47,721 bases of DNA from a virus (Duplodnaviria; Heunggongvirae; Uroviricota; Caudoviricetes): IMG/VR virus record IMGVR_UViG_2684622772_000013; one strand, written 5' to 3'. Position 1 is the first letter of the stretch, and each line of letters starts with the position of its first letter. Below the pieces are notes generated by a model. The model was given only the letters and a program-made list of their open reading frames with translations. It had not been told where the DNA came from and searched no databases. Made by a program: the position numbers and the translations under genes. Below, in pieces: positions 9,796-19,407 of the stretch.

Positions 9796-10542
9796 ATGAA
9801 AAATATTGCGACAGGCGACGTTCTTGAACGTATCCGCAGACTGGCCCCGTCACATGTAACCGCGCCATTCAAGACGGTAGCGGAGTGGCGCGAGTGGCAA
9901 CTTTCCGAAGGCCAGAAACGTTGTGAGGAGATCAACCGTCAGAATCGTCAGTTGCGGGTGGAAAAAATTCTGAATCGCTCTGGCATCCAGCCATTGCACC
10001 GCAAATGCTCGTTTTCGAATTACCAGGTGCAGAACGAAGCGCAGCGATACGCGTTGAGTCAGGCGAAATCCATCGCTGATGAACTGATGACCGGGTGTAC
10101 AAATTTTGCGTTCAGCGGAAAACCTGGTACCGGGAAGAACCACTTAGCGGCAGCTATCGGGAATCGCCTGCTGAAAGACGGTCAGACAGTGATTGTGGTT
10201 ACCGTGGCTGATGTTATGAGTGCCCTGCACGCCAGCTATGACGATGGGCAGTCAGGCGAAAAATTTTTGCGGGAACTATGCGAAGTGGATCTGCTGGTTC
10301 TTGATGAAATTGGCATTCAGCGCGAGACGAAAAACGAGCAGGTGGTGCTGCACCAGATTGTTGATCGCCGGACAGCGTCGATGCGCAGCGTGGGGATGCT
10401 GACAAACCTGAACTATGAGGCCATGAAAACATTGCTCGGCGAGCGGATTATGGATCGCATGACCATGAACGGCGGGCGATGGGTGAATTTTAACTGGGAG
10501 AGCTGGCGTCCGAATGTCGTCCAGCCAGGAATTGAGAAGTAA
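9796..10542 (+). CDS. ydaV: DnaC-like helicase loader (AAA+ ATPase)
   Basis: Walker [16 protein letters not shown] and Walker B LLVLDEIG; 248 aa. Confidence 0.88.
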   Translation: MKNIATGDVLERIRRLAPSHVTAPFKTVAEWREWQLSEGQKRCEEINRQNRQLRVEKILNRSGIQPLHRKCSFSNYQVQNEAQRYALSQAKSIADELMTGCTNFAFSGKPGTGKNHLAAAIGNRLLKDGQTVIVVTVADVMSALHASYDDGQSGEKFLRELCEVDLLVLDEIGIQRETKNEQVVLHQIVDRRTASMRSVGMLTNLNYEAMKTLLGERIMDRMTMNGGRWVNFNWESWRPNVVQPGIEK

Positions 10543-10564
10543 TTTTTACCGGGAGGAAATTTTT

Positions 10565-11326
10565 ATGGAGACTGTTTTTGACGCACTGAAAGCAATGGGA
10601 AAAGCCACATCCATAGAACTTGCTGCGCGACTTGATATCAGTCGTGAAGAAGTGCTGAACGAACTATGGGAACTGAAAAAAGCTGGTTTCGTTGATAAAA
10701 GCGCGTACACCTGGCGTGTGGCTGATAACAACGTTCAGCAGGAACAGCCAATGCAGGCAGAACTGCCGGAAGAAACCACCACGGCAACTGTAGTGAAAAT
10801 CTCAGAGTGCGATTTAACCGCGACGATTGAACAACGCGGACCACAAACGGCGGATGAACTGGCTACGCTGTTCGGTACAACATCCCGCAAAGTTGCTTCA
10901 ACGCTGGCAATGGCAATCAGCAAAGGACGCCTGATTCGCGTAAACCAGAACAGTAAATTTCGTTACTGCATGCCGGGCGATAATTTACCAGCAGAGCCGA
11001 AAGCTGCATCGGTAGCGGAAACTGATGGTAAAGCCTTTCCTCAGCCAGCCGGTGTTGCGTTACCAGTACAGGAAGCGGCAACACAGGAAGATATTAAAAC
11101 AGAAACTGTGGCGGACATTGTGCAGTCGCTGCCATCGTTTACTGAAACGCAAGCGGATGACCTAGTTTTACCATCGCTGCATATGGCAAACCGCGAACTG
11201 CGTCGGGCGAAAAATCATGTCCAGAAGTGGGAGCGAGTCTGCGCCGCGCTGCGGGAGCTGAACAAGCACCGGGATATTGTCCGACAGATTGTCGATTCCT
11301 CCAGTCGTATTGTGTCGGAAAAGTGA
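10565..11326 (+). CDS. Hypothetical phage protein (YdaW-like position)
   Basis: Track ORF trimmed to ATG at 10565 ([23 protein letters not shown]), which has a GGGAGG ribosome-binding site; this avoids overlap with ydaV. Confidence 0.6.
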   Translation: METVFDALKAMGKATSIELAARLDISREEVLNELWELKKAGFVDKSAYTWRVADNNVQQEQPMQAELPEETTTATVVKISECDLTATIEQRGPQTADELATLFGTTSRKVASTLAMAISKGRLIRVNQNSKFRYCMPGDNLPAEPKAASVAETDGKAFPQPAGVALPVQEAATQEDIKTETVADIVQSLPSFTETQADDLVLPSLHMANRELRRAKNHVQKWERVCAALRELNKHRDIVRQIVDSSSRIVSEK

Positions 11327-11341
11327 TTGCCGGAGGCGCTT

Positions 11342-11758
11342 ATGGCAAAAGTTTTTACACAGGAAGAGCGTGAAAAAATTAAGGAGCAGGTTGTTGAGTT
11401 GGTACGCCAGAGTGGGCGCGAGACGTTAAGGCAACTGGAGGCCAAGACAGGTGCGACAAGATATCTGATGAGCATTCTTGCCAGAGAGTTGGTTGCCAGT
11501 GGCGATGTATACAACTCTGGCTATGGGTTATTCCCGTCTGAACAGGCTCGTAAGGATTGGAAAAACGCCCGCAAAAAACTATCCAGGGCAAAGGTGAAAA
11601 AAACGGTTGTGGTTGATCCTGACCTTATCTGGTCATTACCAGACGGAGAAATACGCCGCTATGACAGGCGTCAGAACATAATCTGTCGCGAGTGCCGGAA
11701 GAGTGAAGTTATGAAACGTGTACTGGCATTTTATCAAGGAAATCTTCGGTATTTATAG
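11342..11758 (+). CDS. Hypothetical phage protein
   Basis: ATG at 11342 preceded by GGAGG; 138 aa, MAKVFTQEEREKIKEQVVELVRQ; the track start at 11327 is TTG. Confidence 0.55.
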   Translation: MAKVFTQEEREKIKEQVVELVRQSGRETLRQLEAKTGATRYLMSILARELVASGDVYNSGYGLFPSEQARKDWKNARKKLSRAKVKKTVVVDPDLIWSLPDGEIRRYDRRQNIICRECRKSEVMKRVLAFYQGNLRYL

Positions 11759-11914
11759 ACGTTACTAGATCAAAGAGCATTAGTTCATATGTAAATTGAC
11801 ATTTTTCTGGCACAGGGGAGAGCTAGCGTGGTTGTCCGCTTTGTGCCAATAGCGGACATTGCTGGCTCATGGTATGTTAGTTTAAGGAGGCAGGTTATGC
11901 CCTGTATTTCGCTG

Positions 11915-11923
11915 TGGTATAAT
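11915..11923 (+). promoter_or_regulatory. Extended -10 promoter element (TGgTATAAT) upstream of the accessory cassette
   Basis: TG at 11915-11916 and TATAAT at 11918-11923, followed about 20 nt later by AAGGGAG and a GTG start at 11957. Confidence 0.45.
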
Positions 11924-11956
11924 AGTTGCGCAATTGATACAAGGGAGCGTTACATC

Positions 11957-12919
11957 GTGAAAATTGTTTTCGAGGTTAATGGAAAGAAAGTTCCACTAAA
12001 ATCTTTAAAATACATAAGCAAAAAAGATCAACTCGAAGTAATGAAAAACTGGTTCTTTGAAAACTTTGAAGATCCGGCAAATGCTTGTCCGTATGAAAGT
12101 AGAGAAGGTGGCTATGCTTACATATATGGCGGGCCGTATGATGCGAGCGAAGAACTACAATCCATCTTCGGTCAATATGTTAAATCTGAGTATATTGAGG
12201 AATTAGTAGATGAATTACAAACACAATGTTTTGACTGGTCTGGAAACTCAAATAATATAGATGATTGGTACGATGATGATATCTACGACGCTGTAACGTC
12301 TTCCGGTAATCCGTATTTAAAATTCATTGATAATATCGATAAAATAAAAAAACTTGCAAAAGATAAAACTGAACAACAGCAAAAAAACCACTTGCTTAGT
12401 TTGCTCTACACGAATGTTATTACAGCTTTGGAAACGCTTTATGTTGAGCTATTCATTAATTCTATAGAGAAAGATGATGTCTACATAGCCAATTGTATAG
12501 AAAAAGGTAAGACTGAATTTAAAGTAAGCAAAGATATTGCTGCGTTGCCTTTCAAGGGTGAACCCATCGAGAAAATTAGGGGAGAGCTAATCAGGTCAAT
12601 CAAGGAACACTTGATCAGTGCAAGCTGGCATAGCACTAAAAAGGTAATCGACCGCTATGAAGCTACATTCGATATAAAAGTACAAAAAGACTGTCCGATA
12701 GAAGCTATTGAATTGGCAACCCTCAATCGAAATCACTTAGTGCATCGTGGTGGAAAGGATAAAGAAGGGAACCTCGTAGTGATTACAGACCAGGATCTTG
12801 AAACGCTGATTGAAAATGCATCGAACCTGGCAATTATGCTCTACAACAGTTTAAATGTAGCAACGAATAAAACCACCATTTTGCAACCAGATGACAAACC
12901 GTTCATTCATGAATTTTAA
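11957..12919 (+). CDS. Accessory protein A with HEPN-like R-x4-H motif; candidate abortive-infection/RNase effector
   Basis: AT-rich ORF; proposed GTG start at 11957 (AAGGGAG 9 nt upstream), alternatives ATG 11897 or the track start 11828; C-terminal motif ELATLNRNHLVHRGG fits HEPN R-[N]-x3-H; no other family recognised. Confidence 0.55.
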   Translation: MKIVFEVNGKKVPLKSLKYISKKDQLEVMKNWFFENFEDPANACPYESREGGYAYIYGGPYDASEELQSIFGQYVKSEYIEELVDELQTQCFDWSGNSNNIDDWYDDDIYDAVTSSGNPYLKFIDNIDKIKKLAKDKTEQQQKNHLLSLLYTNVITALETLYVELFINSIEKDDVYIANCIEKGKTEFKVSKDIAALPFKGEPIEKIRGELIRSIKEHLISASWHSTKKVIDRYEATFDIKVQKDCPIEAIELATLNRNHLVHRGGKDKEGNLVVITDQDLETLIENASNLAIMLYNSLNVATNKTTILQPDDKPFIHEF

Positions 12920-12934
12920 TAGCGCAGGTCATAC

Positions 12935-13936
12935 ATGGATATTCGCACACGAAAGACAAAATTTTTAGAGTCGTTAGATTCAACTGAAGTGATACGCAAA
13001 GCAGTAAGTCTCGCTATAGATTGCATTATTGATAATCATAATAGTAATGAAGATACCCCCTTAGTTATTACCAGCTATGATGATCTCTGTAGAATCCAGG
13101 TGCTAAATTATGTACAGGAGTTTTGCGAAGCTGCATTCCCTGATATGGATGAATATTACTTTAGTCCTAACATACTTCGCATCAACGGCAAGACTAGTGA
13201 AGAAGCTTGTATTAACTTAATTAAACTCTTAAGAAGTACAAAAGGCATGCTATTCTGGTCCGATGCCCCATCGTGGTTCGCTAGCCTCCCCGACGGATTA
13301 TTCCATGTTGTTAACATTGATCAAAAAATCGTTACTCGCGGCCTTAATAAGAAAAACTCTAAGCCGACAATAATCAATAAAGATTACAGTGTAGATACAC
13401 TACTATCAGAGCTATTTTTGAATGGCGCACACATGGAGCAACCCAACGTACACAACGTTTCTGAGGGAAACATGAAGTTCTATGATGAATGCCATGCTGG
13501 ATTAATCAGACCAATACCCGCTCCAATAGGCGCGTCATACGATGAAGAGATCACAATTAATTCTCCAGATTGGCAAAAGCTCGCGTGTGTAGCTTTACGC
13601 CGCTATCAGTCGAAGGAATGTCATGACGGAATGCAATGGGATACAACCGATCATGGTTGGACTGATGTAATCGCGTATCCATTCGTCGAAGAAATACAAT
13701 CAATGGATAATAGTGGTTATCGACAATGTTTAGTTGGGCTGGTCACAATAAACAATTCAAATGCAAATTCTCCGTACCTATCTACCGTTTGGATACATCC
13801 ATTTTATCGCAGGAGAGGGTTATTAAGTAAGTTATGGCCAAAATTACAAGAGTTATATGGAAGTAACTTCGAAATTGAGCGACCTAATGAAAATATGAAA
13901 GCATTTCTGAAAAGTGCGAAACACGCAGATTACTAA
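12935..13936 (+). CDS. Accessory protein B with GNAT-like C-terminal region; candidate acetyltransferase partner
   Basis: 333 aa, AT-rich, 15 nt after gene A; C-terminal segment CLVGLVTINN...VWIHPFYRRRGLLSKLWPKL resembles GNAT motif A; N-terminal ~190 aa unrecognised. Confidence 0.55.
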   Translation: MDIRTRKTKFLESLDSTEVIRKAVSLAIDCIIDNHNSNEDTPLVITSYDDLCRIQVLNYVQEFCEAAFPDMDEYYFSPNILRINGKTSEEACINLIKLLRSTKGMLFWSDAPSWFASLPDGLFHVVNIDQKIVTRGLNKKNSKPTIINKDYSVDTLLSELFLNGAHMEQPNVHNVSEGNMKFYDECHAGLIRPIPAPIGASYDEEITINSPDWQKLACVALRRYQSKECHDGMQWDTTDHGWTDVIAYPFVEEIQSMDNSGYRQCLVGLVTINNSNANSPYLSTVWIHPFYRRRGLLSKLWPKLQELYGSNFEIERPNENMKAFLKSAKHADY

Positions 13937-14113
13937 TTTATGAATCAGTCTGTGGAGTTAGGGTTGGTGTGAACAAGTAGGGTAAGAGCCTCAACGTGAT
14001 GCTATGCCGACCTGCTCCCTGAGAATTCACACAGAAGGCTGCTAGCAATGTCTGCAGATCGCTCAAAGCGGACTAAAATGTTGGCTTGTTTCTGACTTAG
14101 AGCATTTAAGGAA

Positions 14114-14338
14114 GTGCTGGTGGTGACTGGTTGTTGTGTTCCATTTCTACAGAATAAAATCACAGAAACTATACCCAATAGTTGTATTGAATCACTGACG
14201 AGACAGCCTCATATTTATCAGGACTGGTGTGCGTCTAATACAGGGGGTTGTCGTGCTGGTTCTCAAATGTGCGCTGGCTATTGCGGCTGTAATGGCAATT
14301 TATTGTCTTGCTGTTGTTCTTATGGAGCGGCTTTCTGA
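14114..14338 (+). CDS. Possible small cysteine-rich protein (74 aa, about 12 Cys)
   Basis: ORF VVTGCCVPFLQNK...CAGYCGCNGNLLSCCCSYGAAF with an AAGGA-like ribosome-binding site before a GTG start; may be spurious. Confidence 0.25.
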   Translation: MLVVTGCCVPFLQNKITETIPNSCIESLTRQPHIYQDWCASNTGGCRAGSQMCAGYCGCNGNLLSCCCSYGAAF

Positions 14339-14556
14339 TTGATTACATACTGGCTAGAAAAAAGGTGTTACCTTGGTTTATCTTTGTCCGGCAAGGTGCG
14401 CTCATTAATCTTAAGTAAATTTATTGCTCAAGTATTCAGATTACTTCTTATGGTTGAAGTCTCCTGTCAATGTAGAACCAATATATTTACAAAAATGAGA
14501 CCCGTCGGGGATAGCCCTGCCGGGTCTGACTGTTAAAGCATTTTTAATATGATCAT

Positions 14557-14895
14557 CTATTTTTTGGTGCTATAGACTTTTTCGCCCGAAAAGTCTGGAG
14601 CGACCCAAAAGTTAATATTAAACTGAGCATCATCGCTTAGTTCAACACGGTGCCAGTATTGTGGTGGGCTTGTTGCAAAAGCGCCAGCATTAATGACTAC
14701 TTTTATCTCCGGTTCAGTAGCATTCTCATCAGTAAAACCATAATATGTTACAGTGCCTTCCATTACGCACAACTGCCCAAAAACACCTGCTGCTGTATTA
14801 TGATGTGTTAATAACGCTGAAGGTACGTTCTCTTTTGTGAAGAACGGAGTTGAGCGTTTGATTACCCAATCTTTAGGAATTCTCTTGTGTGTCAT
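14557..14895 (-). CDS. DUF1971 (YeaR-like) protein
   Basis: Track ORF trimmed to ATG with GGAGG ribosome-binding site (MTHKRIPKDWVIKRSTPFFTKENVPSALLTHHN...); resembles recalled E. coli YeaR. Confidence 0.65.
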   Translation of the reverse strand: MTHKRIPKDWVIKRSTPFFTKENVPSALLTHHNTAAGVFGQLCVMEGTVTYYGFTDENATEPEIKVVINAGAFATSPPQYWHRVELSDDAQFNINFWVAPDFSGEKVYSTKK

Positions 14896-15708
14896 AACCA
14901 CCTCCTCCAAAACATGCATTAAAAATGCATCTTTTGGAGGGTTATGTCAAGCTGTTATGAAACACATAATTGATATGTTGATTAGAGGAGAAGATAGAAT
15001 AAATATGGTTGTTTTTCGTATAACTATTTGTTTTACTTTTAGTTTATGCATTCTGTGTGTTAGGAATAAGTTATTAAAGTTTAATCAAAAAATCTCGATG
15101 TAGTCCACATAGATTACTGTTACTGAACCTTATTGTGTGTATTAGTTGTGTTCTGAAATTTCAGCTTAATTATTTATGATGTATTTTTTAACGATAAATA
15201 TTTTCCCAGGATACCTTTACTGTGTATATAAATAAATTATATACGCATAAATAATGTAAAGGCGTCCTTTTAGATATATCTTATCAAATGTTAATGACTT
15301 GAGTGGGAAATATGATTCCAGCAACTTATCATGTGGCTACTTTATAAAAATAATGCCCATATAAAACAACAAGCGAAAAGGATTACGGATAAAAAAGGAG
15401 CGAGATGTGCGAACTTGTTATTTTCCATGTTTAACCACCTTAAATAATTGATGATGACGGGATGATTGCATCTGTAATGCTTTTATTGAAATGTTATGAT
15501 AAAAAAGAACTTTTGCATAACATTAAAATGTAATTTATCTAATCGTTTTTAATAATAAGTGTCGTATTTCTATCCTTGTACCAGCTATTTGATATGTAGT
15601 GTTTGTTCATGCTATGTGGGGCTTTACACCATAGCCAGTTTATTTATACTTTATTCGTCAGCCTGAACAACTGGCATCTGCTGCGCTGCGCCATCGAGAG
15701 ATTGAGAA

Positions 15709-16308
15709 ATGGCGCATATACAACTGGTCAAACAAACCTCTTCTGGTTTACTTCTCCCGGCGACGCCGGAGAGTTGCGATTTTCTGCATCAAATCAAAAT
15801 AGGTGAGTGGATACACGCAGACTTTAAGCGTGTGCGTAACTACGCATTCCACAAGCGTTTTTTCAAACTCCTGCAACTGGGATTCGATTACTGGACTCCG
15901 GTCGGTGGGGCGATCACGCCTCGCGAACGAGAACTGCTGTCTGGTTTCGTTGATTACCTGTGCGAATCAGTTGGTCGGGAACACACGCCAGCCCTGAGTG
16001 ATGCCGCAGAGCAATACCTTAACACCGTTGCGACTCGTAGAACCCGGGATACGGCGTTGCTAAAGTCGTTTGAGGCTTTCCGCGAGTGGGTAACCATTCA
16101 GGCCGGATTTTACACCGAGCATATTTATCCGGACGGTAGCCGTGGGCGTCGGGCAAAATCCATCGCTTTTGCGAATATGGACGAAGTCGAGTTTCAGCAG
16201 GTTTATAAATCTGTACTGAATGTGCTGTGGAACTGGATTCTGTTCCGTAAATTCTCCTCTCAGGAGGAAGTTGAAAATGTGGCCGCACAACTACTGGAGT
16301 TTGCGTAA
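15709..16308 (+). CDS. DUF1367-family phage protein (nin-region)
   Basis: 199 aa, MAHIQLVKQTSSGLLLPATPESCDFLHQIKIGEW; position upstream of DUF1364 and Q. Confidence 0.6.
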   Translation: MAHIQLVKQTSSGLLLPATPESCDFLHQIKIGEWIHADFKRVRNYAFHKRFFKLLQLGFDYWTPVGGAITPRERELLSGFVDYLCESVGREHTPALSDAAEQYLNTVATRRTRDTALLKSFEAFREWVTIQAGFYTEHIYPDGSRGRRAKSIAFANMDEVEFQQVYKSVLNVLWNWILFRKFSSQEEVENVAAQLLEFA

Positions 16309-16598
16309 TGGTGAATTTACGTAAAGCGGCTAAAGGCCAGATGTGCCAGATCAGAATCCCTGGCTACTGCAATCACAATCCCGAAACCTCTGTGCTGGCG
16401 CATTACAGGCTGGCGGGGACGTGCGGAACAGCGACAAAACCACATGATATGCAGGCGGCGATAGCCTGTAGCTCATGCCACGATCTAATCGACGGGCGGG
16501 TAAAAACCAGCGATTACACCAAAGAAGAATTGCGCCTGATGCATGCTGAAGGGGTTTTTCGCACACAAGAAATCTGGAGAAAGAAAGGTCATTTATGA
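16308..16598 (+). CDS. DUF1364 (YbcO-like) protein
   Basis: 96 aa, MVNLRKAAKGQMCQIRIPGYCNHNPETSVLAHYRLAG...SSCHDLIDGR, matching the recalled YbcO Cys-rich pattern. Confidence 0.7.
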   Translation: MVNLRKAAKGQMCQIRIPGYCNHNPETSVLAHYRLAGTCGTATKPHDMQAAIACSSCHDLIDGRVKTSDYTKEELRLMHAEGVFRTQEIWRKKGHL

Positions 16599-17137
16599 TT
16601 TACCCAACGAATACAGGAAAAAGCGGAGAACACCTTCGCCTCACCACGCTGGAAAGTGTCTGGATTCAGGGAAAACTACGTATGTGGGGGCGCTGGTCGT
16701 ATATTGGCGGTGGCAGGTCAGGGAATATGTTCAATCAGTTGTTGGCATCCAAAAAACTGACGAAAACAGCCATTAATGAAGCCCTGCGCAGAATGAAAAA
16801 AGCGGGAATAGAGAAAGCTGAGCTGGAAGCGTTTTTGCGAGAGATGATCAACGGCAAGCAAAAGAGCTGGCTGGCGCATTGTACTGATGCAGAGGCGTTA
16901 TGTATTGATCGAGTCATAAGTGAGGTGCTGGCAGAGCATCCAGGATTGATTTGCATTCTCCGGCAACGCTATGAAGGGCGGGGGATGACTAAGCGCAAAA
17001 TGGCTGAATTGCTAAATGATGCACACCCAGAGTGGTGTTTTAGCACATGCGAAAAACGGATTGCTAATTGGTTAGCTGTTGCTGAGTATGCCCTATATAT
17101 TCCCATGCGTGAATCATTTGCTGAGAAAATGGCTTGA
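16595..17137 (+). CDS. Late-gene antiterminator Q (phage 21-like)
   Basis: 180-aa protein immediately upstream of a short promoter region, an intrinsic terminator and the phage-21-type lysis cassette. Confidence 0.65.
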   Translation: MIYPTNTGKSGEHLRLTTLESVWIQGKLRMWGRWSYIGGGRSGNMFNQLLASKKLTKTAINEALRRMKKAGIEKAELEAFLREMINGKQKSWLAHCTDAEALCIDRVISEVLAEHPGLICILRQRYEGRGMTKRKMAELLNDAHPEWCFSTCEKRIANWLAVAEYALYIPMRESFAEKMA

Positions 17138-17217
17138 TTTCTTACGTATAAACTGCTTCAATTTTGCTATGCTTCGCAAAGCTGTATCGCGAGGCGGATT
17201 GCAGACATGGACATCGT

Positions 17218-17245
17218 AAAAAAACCGCTTAATGCGGTTTTTTTA
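17218..17245 (+). terminator. Intrinsic terminator (tR'-like) downstream of Q
   Basis: AAAAAAACCGC-TTAAT-GCGGTTTTTTT hairpin plus T-run about 80 nt after the Q stop. Confidence 0.7.
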
Positions 17246-18181
17246 CGTCAGGAAAGCAGGGGAGAATGCTGCTAGTTGGGCAACTGGTCTTTCTGCTCCA
17301 AATTATAACAGAGACCAGTTATAGTTTCGGTGCTGTGTTTTTTTTACAATATTGTGATAACACATTGCTGGCGGGAGTTTTGATATTTCTTGGCAGGGGC
17401 TGATGATGCGTTATCCTGATGTCGTCAACTCATATAAAATGAGATGAGAGATCATTGCAGGGTGGTTTGTAATTCGCTGTTTAGCGGGACAATATGTTGT
17501 CTGATACAAGACACCCGACGCCTCAGATTACTATAATAAAGACGAAGCATCCTTTGTATTGACCAACCGCCTGTTTAGGCGGTTCTTTTTGGGCTGGTTT
17601 ATTGTATGCCAAATGATTATTAAAAAGGTTGTGTTAATAACAAGATCCGAAATAATATGCCTGCATATTTTTATCTTGCTTATATTCTGCATATTGTGCA
17701 TAGCAGGCTCATCCCTGCAATCAAAACTGTATGATGAGTATTTTTTGTTTTCCTTTTTTCCAGTCATCTGATGATGACCTGCTTCTTTTTAATCCGGATC
17801 GACATCAGTTTTTTAAGATAATTCCTGCGAGTTATATGCATAAATGCCACAAACTCCGCATTTTATGTGGTTGGGAGTTGCCGGGCGCGCAGTGAGTTTG
17901 CTAAGAAAACTCCTGCATGGTGAATCCCCCTGTGCGGTGGGGTGATACCATTAACCTTTTCTGTCGCCGACAGGTATCACGAACATTTTGTTCACCGGGA
18001 GGCACCCGGCACCATGCACTTCAATAGATTCTCTCCACATTATGGATATTCTTTCAGAATATCCCACGCAGACTTTGTGTAAATGTTAACAAATGTGCGT
18101 TTTATTTGATCTGATTCGCTGTTTGAGCGTCCAAAACAACGGTATATATAATCCTTTACTATATGACATATGTGAGGAAAA

Positions 18182-18610
18182 ATGGGTTTTCGTAGCGCAT
18201 CAATTCTTACGTTGATTATTAGTGGGATTATTATCGGGTGCACTGATGCTGTATCGACAAATTATCATGACCGTACATCATATTACTCCGATAAAGCAAT
18301 AGAGACACAGTATGTGAGTTCATCTGAACGTACTTCTGATGTTAGTGAGGATATCCGTCTGTATGCCCATCAAATCAAGAGCGCCATCGAAAAACAGTTC
18401 GGGGATGCGAGTAAGTATTCAGGAAAAGAGTGTACACTGAGAATGCATATGGCCCCGAATGGCCTTCTACTGGAGGTTAAAAGAGAAAGTGGAGACCTCG
18501 ATTTATGTCGTGAAGCGATGAATGCGATAAAGAATGCTGATATACCTGCCCCCCCTTCGCCGGAAGTATATAAAGTATTTCAAAATGGGGTGCTGGATTT
18601 TAAACCCTGA
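18182..18610 (+). CDS. Lipoprotein with TolA domain III-like mature region
   Basis: Signal peptide with lipobox IIGC; C-terminal ~85 aa (YAHQIKSAIEKQFGDASKYSGKECTLRMHMAPNGLLLEV...PSPEVYKVFQNGVLDFKP) closely resembles the recalled TolA C-terminus. Confidence 0.7.
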   Translation: MGFRSASILTLIISGIIIGCTDAVSTNYHDRTSYYSDKAIETQYVSSSERTSDVSEDIRLYAHQIKSAIEKQFGDASKYSGKECTLRMHMAPNGLLLEVKRESGDLDLCREAMNAIKNADIPAPPSPEVYKVFQNGVLDFKP

Positions 18611-18760
18611 TATTTATTGTTTTGTAATAAACGGTTTCGGCTTAGGTTTGTTCTGACACAGCTACGGCACTGAGCTAAATTTAGCGGATAGTCAGCTCTG
18701 AGCCAGTGGCGGACGTAACAACTACTATTGCTGAGATTTTAATGGATTGAGGAGCAAGAA

Positions 18761-19156
18761 GTGGGATTAAAGAAAATCGTTATGTTGACTTTTTGGGTCG
18801 GTTTTGTTGCGGGATGCACACCTTTACACCCTTCAGATTGCCACAAAACTACTGCTACAGGTAGTTGCAGTTCAGGACGCTGGGATGATCAGGATGAATG
18901 GGGGGCGCAAGCGCGGGGAATCAGAGCTGCAATTAATGCCAAACTTGATGAGCCGCATAACTGGAAAGGGAAAAAATGCAGGTTGCATATGGAATTCTCT
19001 CAGGATGGCACGGCGTTAAAAATATCTACCAGTAACGGTGATAAAGCCTATTGCGAAGCGATAAAGTCCGCAGCTCATAAAGCCAAATTTCCGGCCTTCA
19101 ACAATCCGGAAGTCTACAGAGATTTTCAGAAATCTGGCTTTGACATGCGAGGTTAG
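18761..19156 (+). CDS. Second, more divergent TolA-III-like lipoprotein (paralogue)
   Basis: GTG start with GAGGAG ribosome-binding site; lipobox VAGC; shares the conserved CxLxM...GD..C...A...P..NPEVY..FQ pattern. Confidence 0.6.
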   Translation: MGLKKIVMLTFWVGFVAGCTPLHPSDCHKTTATGSCSSGRWDDQDEWGAQARGIRAAINAKLDEPHNWKGKKCRLHMEFSQDGTALKISTSNGDKAYCEAIKSAAHKAKFPAFNNPEVYRDFQKSGFDMRG

Positions 19157-19407
19157 CTCTTCAATTACTATATCTCATTCATAGCAAACTGACAGATTTG
19201 ATGATGTTCTATATACGAAACCTGTGATGTCAAGTCTGAGCTAATACAAATAAACATAATATCAGAGAAATACATTTTATTAGCTCGCTACGGCGAGCTT
19301 TTTATATTGCATCGTCTCCAGCATATATATCAATTAAGGCTCTGATTGATGTGTCTGAAAGCCTACACATAATAACTATGCCATCCGTTCCGTGCGGAGG
19401 TGAGGCT

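Noticed and set aside
9360-9935. 191-aa minus-strand ORF
   Set aside because: Antisense to the well-supported YdaU and YdaV replication genes.
11790-11830. Possible sigma-54 promoter (TGGCAC ... GC) upstream of the accessory cassette
   Set aside because: Spacing between the GG and GC elements is off by one and the -12 region does not match TTGC.
17559-17771. 70-aa hydrophobic ORF with a TTG start
   Set aside because: It begins inside a terminator-like hairpin, has no ribosome-binding site, and is overlapped by an equally long antisense ORF.
17250-18181. tRNA genes downstream of Q, as found in Stx phages
   Set aside because: No sequence with a GGTTCGAATCC-like T-loop or cloverleaf pattern was seen by eye; this needs tRNAscan-SE to exclude formally.
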